From Sedimentisphaerales bacterium (GTDB lineage Bacteria; Planctomycetota; Phycisphaerae; Sedimentisphaerales; Anaerobacaceae), in the NCBI GenBank assembly GCA_963708075.1, contig OY970194.1, positions 1,920,001-1,984,000 on the forward strand: a DNA stretch of 64,000 nt, given 5' to 3'. The stretch's first letter is position 1. The number at the start of each line of letters is the position of its first letter. A program made the translations under genes and the position numbers. Of this stretch, positions 19,701 to 28,393 are shown piece after piece. The notes below the pieces were generated by a model. That model searched no databases. It was given only the letters and a program-made list of their open reading frames with translations, and was not told the DNA's origin.

Positions 19701-20765
19701 CCAGGGGAGGCGATCTACAATGACGTTGGCGGCCGGGTCGCGGGGAACAGTCCCTTCCAGACGGCGTGGCTATCGGATGCCTGCCGGGATTCCTGCCTGA
19801 GCCGGGTCACCGAGCTCGCACGTACCCGGCAGCAGTCGCATGTGCCCATGGTCGTTTTCGAAGGCAGCGCGCCCGCCGACATCACAGAGAACCGCCTCCT
19901 GGCCGAATGCCTGGAACAAGCGGAGAGTTCTCAGTCAACCGTCAACCGTCAACTGTCAACTGTCAACTCGTCGGTGCGAATTTGGCTGGGAGCGCCGGTG
20001 ACGATGAAAGACCCCACCGTGGTGACGCTGCGCCGGCAAGGCGGGGCGAACCTCTTGCTCGTCGGGCAGAGAGATGAGGTGGCCCTGAATCTGTTGTCCG
20101 CCGCTCTGGTCGCTTTGGCCGCACAGCTCCCCCGCCGGTCAGCCCAGTTCGTAATTCTGGACGGCAGTGCGGCTGACTCCCCGCACGCCGGCGTGCTGGC
20201 ACGCGTGGCGTCGGCACTGCCACACAGTTGTCGGTTTGTCCCCTGGTCCGATGTTCAAACGGTGCTCGCGGAATTGGCCCGGGAAGCCCAAAGACGTGTG
20301 CAGGACAATCAGCATGATGCGCCGGCCCTCATCCTGATCGTCTATGGGTTGCAGCGCTATCGCGTCCTGCGCCGCAGCGAGGATGCTTTGGGGTTGTCTT
20401 TCGACAGTACGGCGGAGCCTCGGCCGGATGTGCAATTCTCGGAACTGCTGCGGGAAGGCCCCGGCGTCGGCATTCATGTCCTCGCGTGGGCCGATACGCT
20501 CAGCACGTTGGAGCGGACCGTGGACCGCCAGACCCTGCGCGAATTCGACTACCGTGTGCTCTTTCAGATGAGTGCGGCTGACTCAAGCAATCTGATCGAC
20601 TCGCCCATAGCCAATCAACTGGGGCTGCACCGCGCCCTTCTCTATAGCGAGGAACAAGGCGGGCTGGAGAAATTCCGTCCCTACAATACCCTCAGAGATG
20701 ACTGGTTGGCTTGTGTCCGCAGGAAACTGATGCCGGAGGCGGCTGCGGCGGACCACGAGGCGTAG
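16773..20765 (+). CDS. FtsK/SpoIIIE-family EccC/EssC-like ATPase
   Basis: long coiled coils flanking two TM helices; Walker A AGKTGSGKS, LVDFKQG, Walker B IVDEFQ, RQGRAFGIH; flanking degenerate ATPase-like domains. Confidence 0.88.
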   Translation: MNTHLQAYLPGPEPLQNNDHTSLQRQAMGEVLRLSPAVLRPLESQIASDYQVAVQRAQERLAADKSKIEAALQAGSQEIQRQYDARREATRADYEARLSTIKVDAQHAHNRVNQKATELKSKAEKEYQDQVMVVEYVAEGATTKVQQGRMTAQAVVQAARQYLDALGMQADELLRLYRQSVPPLGERAQPDTDVGPSPAEVYRSQQALAELHLKTLRRLFAAQLFVGIYPLLFIGGVLGIAVMLLTLLYLLKVPGLPPLLVTGPVTVGLVIVLVGLGGRALWRLAKRQVRREFTAFQEALTVARRALDQQQELTLQDIEGQSRTSLEQTEAESRKAREALEATKIRIAKQRSTSLQEVDQRGREALDRLKQQRDKALNEAERDYREHRLALEQRHRQELAQVQARYDQDMAACEHEHRTSRQRLEERLDKGLTCVRAMLQDTADLSTRGVAGWDHLLVESWTPPQTPPSAVRFGAFALDLRSLTDVVRARLGPGLEPTGPVVLPALLEFPRQCSMLLQSPREGRELALETLRAVMMRLFTSLPPGRVRFTILDPIGLGESFAGFMHAGDYQEALVGGRIWTEAPQIQQQLEDLTQHMETVIQKYLRNEFETIEQYNEQAGELAEPYRFLVIADFPTNFNEEAARRLSSIVHSGPRCGVHTLIAYDTRHELPAGIDIQDVSANSIHLLYEKGCYVWQDPILRQFPLTLDQPPDETTLTKIMHVIGKAGARAARVEVPFEAVAPAQHQTWSLDSRAEICVPLGRTGATRLQYLRLGRGVAQHMLIAGKTGSGKSTLLHVMVTNLALWYAPDQVELYLVDFKQGVEFKTYVTHHLPHARAIAIESDREFGLSILRRLDAEMAHRGELFRSSGVQDINAYRQSTGKTMPRTVLIVDEFQVFFAEDDKLAQDAAVLLEQLVRQGRAFGIHVVLGSQTLGGVFGLARSTIGQMAIRVALQCSEADSQLILDDENVAARLLSRPGEAIYNDVGGRVAGNSPFQTAWLSDACRDSCLSRVTELARTRQQSHVPMVVFEGSAPADITENRLLAECLEQAESSQSTVNRQLSTVNSSVRIWLGAPVTMKDPTVVTLRRQGGANLLLVGQRDEVALNLLSAALVALAAQLPRRSAQFVILDGSAADSPHAGVLARVASALPHSCRFVPWSDVQTVLAELAREAQRRVQDNQHDAPALILIVYGLQRYRVLRRSEDALGLSFDSTAEPRPDVQFSELLREGPGVGIHVLAWADTLSTLERTVDRQTLREFDYRVLFQMSAADSSNLIDSPIANQLGLHRALLYSEEQGGLEKFRPYNTLRDDWLACVRRKLMPEAAAADHEA
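19934..19968 (+). repeat. heptamer tandem repeat (GTCAACY)x5 inside the FtsK gene
   Basis: gtcaacc gtcaacc gtcaact gtcaact gtcaact, preceded by degenerate gttctca. Confidence 0.9.
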
Positions 20766-20820
20766 GAATGCATGGCTGCGATTGCGATACCGAGGCGATG
20801 CGGTGCCACTCTTAGCGGGA

Positions 20821-23391
20821 TCACATGCTATCCGGGTTGGGCGGCAACGATTGGAGCACCGCCCACATCAGGACGGCGGAGGCGGTGCCGTCCATAGTTG
20901 GCTCGTTGCTTGCGTAATCCTGAAAGTCGTCGTGATAAACCGCGCGAGGGTCCTGAAATTCGGCCAGCGGATCGGGTTCGGTAATGCTCACGCCTTTCAG
21001 GGACTTGAAGATGCGTTCGTAGACCGGGCCGTCTACCAGGCCGCCTCTCACGGCGCGTCCGGTCAGGCGCGTGGTCATCAGGTGCACGTTCCTCGGTGAC
21101 ACGGTGCCCACCGCCATGAATTGCGTAGTGCCCCACGGGTTTCGGCCGAGCAGCCAATCGCGATGCCGGGCGGCGAATTCGCGATAGCGGCCGTCGCCGG
21201 TCATCTGTTCGTAGAGCTGACATTGGGTCACCAAAGCCACCATCAGGTTGTTCGAGCACCAGATGAACGGGACGCCGACACCAAAGGGGTTCTTCTCGCC
21301 GGCGGCGCGGCAGCGTTCGATCCCCTCACGATACCAGCCTTCCAGCAACTTCTGGAATTCGGCATCAACGACGCCATGCAAGCGGAAATGGCCGGCATTG
21401 AAGAACGGGTAGAACTGGTAGTGGCCGGTCTGCTCACGGCCCATCCAGGATTCCGATCCGGCCAGGCGCGCGTAGCGTCTGGCGTCGTCGAGGTATCGCC
21501 GGTTGCCCGTAGCCCGAAAGAGCTCCGCCGCACCCCATTCCATGTCATCGGCCCAGGTGGTTTCGGCATAACGATAAGGCGCCCCGTACGAGTTGCCCTG
21601 CTGGACACCTTCTCTGTCCCGACCGAGTTGGTAGACCTCTTCCCCCGCCGTCAGACACCGTCGCGCGAACGCAGTCAGGTTCGGATCGTCCTTCCAGACT
21701 TGGAAGGCCAGGGCCATGGCGGCGGCGTAGCGTCCGGCGAGGTTGGCCAAGCCGGTGGATTCGCTCGGGTAGCGTCCGAGCCCCTGAGGCCGGCCATCGG
21801 CGCCATACACCACGCGGTGGCTGCCTTTGCCCCAACCGTAGTCCGCGCGCTCATCCTGCGGCAGCCGCCAGCCCCAGTGATCGCGGTCATCCGCCACCTG
21901 ATGGTACAACTGGTCCGGCGCCGGATGCAGCTTCAGCATCCACTCCAGACCCCAGCGCGCTTCGTCGAGAAGATCGGGCAGGCCGTTGCCGCCGGCTTGG
22001 CCGAGGGCGTCGAACCGATCGTTGAAGAGCGACGGCTGGTGCTGCTCCGGAGTGCGATGGTGCATTTCCCACGCGAGCAACATCTGCGCTGTAGCGTTGC
22101 TCGAAGTGAGCAGGTATTTCAGAAGGTCGGCGGCATCGTGCCAGCCGCCCCGGGCATCGATGACTGTGCCGGCGGCAAGCGGTCCGTAGGCGGTGCGGCC
22201 GTCCAGTTGATGACACTGCGCATTGAGCCACGGGTTGAATCCGCAGCGCTGCTGGCGCATGAACTCCAACAGGAGATCCGGCAGCGGCTGGAAGACCGCG
22301 TCGTCCACGAAAATTGGCAGAGAGACGGCTCCGCCGAGGCGAAGGCGGAAGCGTCCAGGCTGGCGGAGCGCCGAAAAGTCGAGTTCCGCAACGTGGTTGA
22401 ATCGGCTCCAGTTCATTCCCATTGCCGGGCGTGTGGCGCCCTGGAAGACCGACCGGCCGGAGTCCAATTCAATGACATCAAAACGCTCCGGAAGAGGCTC
22501 GCAGGCGATGGCGACAGCGAGTTTTGGGCTTTGCACAGGGTAGCCAACCTGGCTGGCGCGAAGATGACGCCCCAACAGGCGGTCGATGCGCTCGAACGCG
22601 TAACCGCGCTCCTTGAGCCGGCTTAGCAGTTCAGGCAGACGGAGGTGCATCTTATCCGCGCGCTCGGGGCCGCTGCCCAAGTGCATGAGCAGCAGAAAGC
22701 CATTGAGCCCCGCCGAGTCTTGCGACTCGCGTCGCAGGACGCTGTCCAGAATTGCATGGGAAGACACGAAATTAGCGTCTTTCTCGAGAGTGTAGTCCGC
22801 CGCCGAACGGGTGCCGGGCGAGAGATTGACCAGCGTCAAACCCATCGTATGGGTCCAGTCGCTGATGTCACGATTGTGATGCTCGTAGGCGGGCAGGAAG
22901 AACCGTGCCTGCATGCGCGTGACGCCGAAACGCTCCAACTCACGCAGGTTGTCGTTCAGATCCGCCTCAAACTCGGCGTGTGTCAGCAGAGTCCGGCGGT
23001 CGGGTGTCCACTCGCAGTAGAGCCGGTGCCGGTCGGAATGCGGACCCACGTAATGGCCCTCGGCCAGCATCCGCCGGATCAGCGGCGCGAACTCCGCGTT
23101 GCGCAGGAAGTCGCCGGTCAGGAAGAAAGACGCCTTTGCCCCATGCCGGGACAGTGCCTCCAAGATGGGACCGGCTCCCTCCGCGAACTCATGGCCGGTG
23201 AACACCAACGCCAACTGCCGGGTGGATCTCGATCCGCGCACAACCGCGCCGTCCTGGTAGGCAAATGAGTCCTCGGCCGTGAGATGAGCAGCCGTTTCCT
23301 CAGCCGCGACAGGCCGCAGCGATGAGGGAATACAGAACGCAAGCCATGCAACCAGTGTGAAGGAAAGACATCGAATACGATCCATAGTCAT
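20821..23391 (-). CDS. secreted polysaccharide deacetylase (CE4)-glycoside hydrolase family 9 fusion
   Basis: signal peptide; ALVFTG..ASFFLTG..GPHSDRH..LLMHLG NodB-like domain; GGWHDAAD, WLLGRNPW, YASNEPTMD GH9 motifs. Confidence 0.85.
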   Translation of the reverse strand: MTMDRIRCLSFTLVAWLAFCIPSSLRPVAAEETAAHLTAEDSFAYQDGAVVRGSRSTRQLALVFTGHEFAEGAGPILEALSRHGAKASFFLTGDFLRNAEFAPLIRRMLAEGHYVGPHSDRHRLYCEWTPDRRTLLTHAEFEADLNDNLRELERFGVTRMQARFFLPAYEHHNRDISDWTHTMGLTLVNLSPGTRSAADYTLEKDANFVSSHAILDSVLRRESQDSAGLNGFLLLMHLGSGPERADKMHLRLPELLSRLKERGYAFERIDRLLGRHLRASQVGYPVQSPKLAVAIACEPLPERFDVIELDSGRSVFQGATRPAMGMNWSRFNHVAELDFSALRQPGRFRLRLGGAVSLPIFVDDAVFQPLPDLLLEFMRQQRCGFNPWLNAQCHQLDGRTAYGPLAAGTVIDARGGWHDAADLLKYLLTSSNATAQMLLAWEMHHRTPEQHQPSLFNDRFDALGQAGGNGLPDLLDEARWGLEWMLKLHPAPDQLYHQVADDRDHWGWRLPQDERADYGWGKGSHRVVYGADGRPQGLGRYPSESTGLANLAGRYAAAMALAFQVWKDDPNLTAFARRCLTAGEEVYQLGRDREGVQQGNSYGAPYRYAETTWADDMEWGAAELFRATGNRRYLDDARRYARLAGSESWMGREQTGHYQFYPFFNAGHFRLHGVVDAEFQKLLEGWYREGIERCRAAGEKNPFGVGVPFIWCSNNLMVALVTQCQLYEQMTGDGRYREFAARHRDWLLGRNPWGTTQFMAVGTVSPRNVHLMTTRLTGRAVRGGLVDGPVYERIFKSLKGVSITEPDPLAEFQDPRAVYHDDFQDYASNEPTMDGTASAVLMWAVLQSLPPNPDSM

Positions 23392-23585
23392 TCCCCGTCT
23401 TCTGCCGGCGATTGCTCCTGCCCTCAGGTCAGTTTTGACCACGCACAGACGGACGCATTCTCCTGTGTCACATGGATTCCGGCCACCCGAGAGCCACACG
23501 GGGGGCGATCGTCCCCAGTGAACCGAGGCAGCCCATTCGTGTGCGCAGACATCGTCAACCTGCCGGCCCGTGTATGGGACGGCGG

Positions 23586-26213
23586 CTATTCCGCGGTCAG
23601 CACAATGCTGTCGATGATGATAATGCCCAGCCCGCCGGTCGCGGGTGCGGCCCGGGTGCCGATGCCGAGGAACAGGTGCGTCACCTTGGTCAGGTCCACG
23701 CCCGCCAGTTGGGTGAACGGGACCGATTTCTGCAGCCAGTAGAACTTACGCAGGTCGGCCGCCGGAGCGACGGTTGCCACGGCTTCCCGACCCGCCGCAT
23801 CCTTCACACCCAGATACAGGACATCGCCGGCCTCCACAGTGTTATTGACGTCGCCCTGGATCCAGAGAGTCACGCCGGTGCTGCCGCTGCGCGTGAAGTC
23901 CTGGGCCGGGCTGAAGGAGCGCATGATTTCCGATAAGAGAACACCGGCCACCTTGCCCTCGAAGTCGACGAACTGACCGGTGTTGTTGTATCCGAGCGGC
24001 AAGCCCTGGCCGGCATCAACCACCATGCTGCGCGTCATGAGCGGCTCCTGGGTGTAGCCGGCGGTGGAGCCGGTTCCATTGCCGCCGTAGCCATCCGACC
24101 AGACGTCCCAGACGTCCTGGCCTCCCTCATCGAAGTAGGTGTTGTAGGCGTCGAAATCGTCGATCGCCAGCGGATTCTCCTGGCGCTCGGGTTTCGTCCC
24201 CGCGGCTGCGACAGCGGCCACCTCATCCTTGCTCAAGGCCCGGCTGTAAAACCGCAGGTCATCCAGAGCCCCAACAAAACGGCGGTCTGCACTCAGCGTA
24301 TCGGAGCCCAGCGTCATGTTCCCGCTGAACGTCACGGGGTCGTGGAGCCGGGCGAGCTCCCGCGAGATATTCACGCCGTCGAGATAGAACGTGACCTTCT
24401 CGGGCACCGCGACCATGGCCACAAAGGACCACTCATCGACGGGCACGATCAGGTCGCAAGCGTATTGCCAGCTCTCCGTGGCATCCAGCCAGTGATAGCC
24501 GAGCTGATTGTCGGGCATCAGGTTGATGCCAGCGGTTGAGGTACCGGCGCGCATGAAGACGATTCCCGTGCGACCATGGACCTTCGCCGGCTTGACCCAC
24601 GCGGTCATCGTAATCGTACTGGTGGTGACATTCGCCGGCGGCGTGGTGATCAGATCGTCCGCCGTCAGCTCGATGGCTGAGCCGTCCACGCCCTCTGTCC
24701 AGTCGATCTGCCCCTGGATCGCGCCGTGCAGGCCGTGGCCGGACATATCCACGATCGACACGCTGCCGACCTGATCCATGGTCCACCAGCCCAGTAGCGA
24801 ATCGTCCTGTACGGGAATCACGCCAACGGTGGAGAAACTCCAGACCGGGCCCTTGACGGTGCCGCCGACAGTGGATTCGTCCACGCGCCAGTAGTAGGTC
24901 TTGTCCGGCTCCAGACCTTGCGGTGCATGTGAGTTTTCCGCCTGAGGGACGCCGCCCGTCGCCTCGGCAACTGTGGCGGCGTCGGTGCCGACATACACGG
25001 TGTGCAGCAGGGCGCCCAACCCGGGTTTCCAAGTCAATACCTGGTCGGGTCGGGCATAATCGCCGCCCTCGGCGGGGACCGGATCATATGTCGTGGTCGG
25101 CGGCACGCTGAAGCTCCAGACCGGTCCGGCTGTGAGGTCGCCGCCGGCCGCGACCTCATCCACGCGCCAGTAGTATGTGGCGCCGGGGGTCAGGCCTTCG
25201 GGCATCAGTTGGCCGGCTGTACCCAGCAGCACAGGGGGCTGGGTGGCCACGGCCCCGAGCGCCGATTCCTCGGCGTTGGCTACCGCGTCGCGGTTCGGAC
25301 TCACGTAGACCCGATGGGTGCCGGCTCCTTCACCGCTGTCCCACGCCAGGGCGACGTAGGTCTCGCTGAGCAGAGTTTCGGAGGCCGGTTGGGGGTTCGC
25401 GGCGGCCTTGTGCACCAGATACTCGTTGCGAAGATACTGTGTCAGGGTCGCTACCTCCTCTGCGGAGAGCACGCGGTTGTACACGATCAACACGGCCAGG
25501 TCGGCCGTGACGAGGTCACCGCTGTAGAAGGTCCCACCCGGACTGTGGCCACCGCCTACGGACACGATATTGCCGCTCTCCGGGAAGGTCACGGTGTTGT
25601 TGGGCTTGTTCTGCTTGAGGATCTGCTGTACGCCATCGACGTAGTAGACTAGAGCGGATTGCTTGGTCCCCTGAGCCGCCTGCCATACCCCGACGTGGAA
25701 GTTCGTGTCCATCGGATTCGGATTGCTGGCCAGGGACCATCCGTTGTTCAAACGAAATCCCGACCCCTCGCTCGTGCCCTGTTGGGTACAGACATCCAAC
25801 GCGATCAGGGCGCCGCCCACGGCATCGTAGGCGCCGAAGTGCGCCAGACGCTCGTGGAGGATGCCGCTCTTGTCGCCGGTGGCGACCGCGACGGCCGTGA
25901 CACCGGCCTGAACGTCCGGGATGGAGAATTGTGCCGAAGACAGCGCCTCGGCGCCGTTGAACCGGACCACCGGTTTGCCGTAGAGCGCCTCGGCCTTGTA
26001 CTGCGGCGTCCCCGAGCCGACGTCGCGCACCGTCCCATCGACGGGATCGTCCTGCGCCGAGTCGATCCACAAGGCAACCGGGTCGCCGTCCTGCAGGCCG
26101 GTGATGGAATCCGCCCGCAGATGGACGATCAAACCATCAGTGACCGGCAGTTGCCCATACCCGCCGGATGCGAAACACAGACACAGCACTACCGCCAAAA
26201 CACTCTTACCCAT
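23586..26213 (-). CDS. secreted LamG/concanavalin-like jellyroll multidomain protein
   Basis: signal peptide; two YYWRVDE..GPVWSF repeats; TMTAWVKP..WSFVA..LDDLRFYSRALS LamG domain. Confidence 0.8.
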   Translation of the reverse strand: MGKSVLAVVLCLCFASGGYGQLPVTDGLIVHLRADSITGLQDGDPVALWIDSAQDDPVDGTVRDVGSGTPQYKAEALYGKPVVRFNGAEALSSAQFSIPDVQAGVTAVAVATGDKSGILHERLAHFGAYDAVGGALIALDVCTQQGTSEGSGFRLNNGWSLASNPNPMDTNFHVGVWQAAQGTKQSALVYYVDGVQQILKQNKPNNTVTFPESGNIVSVGGGHSPGGTFYSGDLVTADLAVLIVYNRVLSAEEVATLTQYLRNEYLVHKAAANPQPASETLLSETYVALAWDSGEGAGTHRVYVSPNRDAVANAEESALGAVATQPPVLLGTAGQLMPEGLTPGATYYWRVDEVAAGGDLTAGPVWSFSVPPTTTYDPVPAEGGDYARPDQVLTWKPGLGALLHTVYVGTDAATVAEATGGVPQAENSHAPQGLEPDKTYYWRVDESTVGGTVKGPVWSFSTVGVIPVQDDSLLGWWTMDQVGSVSIVDMSGHGLHGAIQGQIDWTEGVDGSAIELTADDLITTPPANVTTSTITMTAWVKPAKVHGRTGIVFMRAGTSTAGINLMPDNQLGYHWLDATESWQYACDLIVPVDEWSFVAMVAVPEKVTFYLDGVNISRELARLHDPVTFSGNMTLGSDTLSADRRFVGALDDLRFYSRALSKDEVAAVAAAGTKPERQENPLAIDDFDAYNTYFDEGGQDVWDVWSDGYGGNGTGSTAGYTQEPLMTRSMVVDAGQGLPLGYNNTGQFVDFEGKVAGVLLSEIMRSFSPAQDFTRSGSTGVTLWIQGDVNNTVEAGDVLYLGVKDAAGREAVATVAPAADLRKFYWLQKSVPFTQLAGVDLTKVTHLFLGIGTRAAPATGGLGIIIIDSIVLTAE

Positions 26214-26370
26214 TTTTCATCCTCCTGGATCTTGTGGCCTGCTACACATGTACTCTCATCCACTCCACCGGCACGAACCAACACCCTGAACGGACGGGTG
26301 CCCCATCTTGTCCTCGAATCATAGTCGCCTGGTTTCTCGGGCCTACTTATGTGACAAGCGATGAACAACA

Positions 26371-27606
26371 TCACTCCATGGTCCACAAGGCAACCGAGTC
26401 CTTGTCCCGGATGAAAATGCTCTTACCGGCGACAATGGGGTGAGCCCAGATTTCGGGGTCGCCTACTTTGTAGCGGGCCAGTTCCATATACTGCTTGTCA
26501 CTGGGCAGATAGATGGCCAGCTCTCCGTTGACTGCCAACGCCATCAGGCAGGAACCAGCATCAACGATGGCGGCACTCGGGCCCCGGGCGGCCGTGTCGG
26601 CCCAGAGCAGCTTGCCTGTCTGGGCACTGAGGCACAAAAGCTTGGTAGCAGCATAACCGAACAGCAGGCCATCCCGCAGCACAGGGGTGGTGAACGTCGA
26701 ACCCGCCTGCGTGTCGCTATTGGTCCATACCGATTCCGCCGCGAATTTACCTTCCTTCTTGACGACCTTGATGGCCAGTGTGCCCATGCCTTGTCCCGTG
26801 ACGTACACCGTCTGCCCATCGATCACAGGAGTGGTCGTGTTGACCGGCCGGGCCTTGAACGGCACCTGCCACAGGAGAGTCTGGTCGGCTAAGCTGATCC
26901 CGATCACCTGCTTCTCGTTGATCGTCACAATCTGCTTGGTGCCCTCCACGATCATGATAACCGGCGACGAGGGGGCGGGGGCATCACCGGTGTACTTCCA
27001 CTTCGCGTGCCCGCTGGCCAGGTCGAACGCGATCAGTGCCCCCTGGCCCTTGCCGCCGACGTACACGACGCACAGCCCATCGACGATGATCGGAGACATC
27101 GATGACTCAAATTGGTGGGCGATGTCCAGATAATCTGCGGCGGACTGCTTGCGCCAGAGGACCTTGCCTGTGGCGGCATCCACGCAGGAGAGAATCCCCC
27201 CGACGCCCAGCACGCAGACCTTGCCATCGGCCACAACCGGCGAACTGCGCGTGCCGGGGTGCCGCGAGCTGACACCGGTGACGACAAACTGCGAAGGATA
27301 GACCTCCTGCCAGAGTATCTTGCCGGTGACGGCATCGATGCAACTCATGACTTCGTTGTCCTCCTGACGGCCGAAGGTGTACAGCTTGTCGCCCACCAGG
27401 GCGGGCGAGGAATCGCCGACGCCCACCGCCACTTTCCACTTCCGCGTCAGTTCCTTCGGCCAACTCTGCGGCGGGACAAATCCACTCAACTTCCCGTCGC
27501 GGTCGGGCCCCCGCCATTGCGGCCAGTCCTGCGCGAAGACGTGACCTGCACCGGCCAGAATCACGATCCCGGCCACTATCGCTGCCAACCTGCCTGCGCT
27601 CATCAT
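26371..27606 (-). CDS. PQQ-binding-like beta-propeller protein (BamB-like)
   Basis: signal then DWPQWRGP; repeated SSP..DA.TGK.LW; WAHP. Confidence 0.88.
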   Translation of the reverse strand: MMSAGRLAAIVAGIVILAGAGHVFAQDWPQWRGPDRDGKLSGFVPPQSWPKELTRKWKVAVGVGDSSPALVGDKLYTFGRQEDNEVMSCIDAVTGKILWQEVYPSQFVVTGVSSRHPGTRSSPVVADGKVCVLGVGGILSCVDAATGKVLWRKQSAADYLDIAHQFESSMSPIIVDGLCVVYVGGKGQGALIAFDLASGHAKWKYTGDAPAPSSPVIMIVEGTKQIVTINEKQVIGISLADQTLLWQVPFKARPVNTTTPVIDGQTVYVTGQGMGTLAIKVVKKEGKFAAESVWTNSDTQAGSTFTTPVLRDGLLFGYAATKLLCLSAQTGKLLWADTAARGPSAAIVDAGSCLMALAVNGELAIYLPSDKQYMELARYKVGDPEIWAHPIVAGKSIFIRDKDSVALWTME

Positions 27607-27839
27607 GATAGTAACCTCTCGTTCTCCCCCAAGAATTCCGATTGAATGCCCCATGCGGCAACGATGGGTCACTGCTTATCCAGACGCTGTACTATGCGTG
27701 TTTTCTGTTGGGCATGTTTCACCACTGATTCCATGAGGTCTTTGATATACCCTATGGCAAACAATGTCCCTATGTCGCTGTAATCAGGGCGTTCATTGCC
27801 GTCTCCTACCGCCGTTGGAACAGGATCGAGTCAGAGCGG

Positions 27840-28381
27840 TCATCGAAAGCCGACATCATAATAAGTTCTTACGGCTTCGTACATATCCATCTTGTCGTTA
27901 CCGGAACTTGAATGCGCCGGGTCTGCTCGTCCAAACCCTCCAATGATTCGATGTGCCGCACGGACAACCTGCGGCATCACAGAAGCCACTTCCGATGACA
28001 GATACAGTCCGAGCCCCCTCTGCCGCGGCTGAACCCCAAGGATGTGCACTTCAGGACGCTGCTTTTCATCGAGGAATTCCAGAACCCCGAGCAACCCCAA
28101 CCCGTGCAGGGAGTGTCTCTGGCCAGACTCTGCAAGATCTCCGCTACGGCAGTAGTACAGAGTTCCCGGCGGCTGGCCCGCGTCCATCGCGTCAATCACC
28201 AGAGCCTTGACACATCGCTCAAGGAAGGGAAGTGCGCGAGGAAGTCCGTCTCAGTGGCCAGGACCGTCGTCTCAGGAGGAGGTCCCCCCTGAAGGGCACG
28301 AGCTGCGTGGACACCGATCCCGTCATCGGATAGCAGACAATTTCCAATCCCAAGGATCAGATAGGGTTGCCAAGGATCCAT
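27840..28381 (-). CDS. hydrogenase maturation protease (HyaD/HybD family); frameshift at ~28235
   Basis: LGIGNCLLSDDGIGVH in one frame, IDAMDAG.PPG..SLHGLGL..LGVQP..LS.EV in the next. Confidence 0.8.
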
Positions 28382-28393
28382 ATGCGACAGAGC

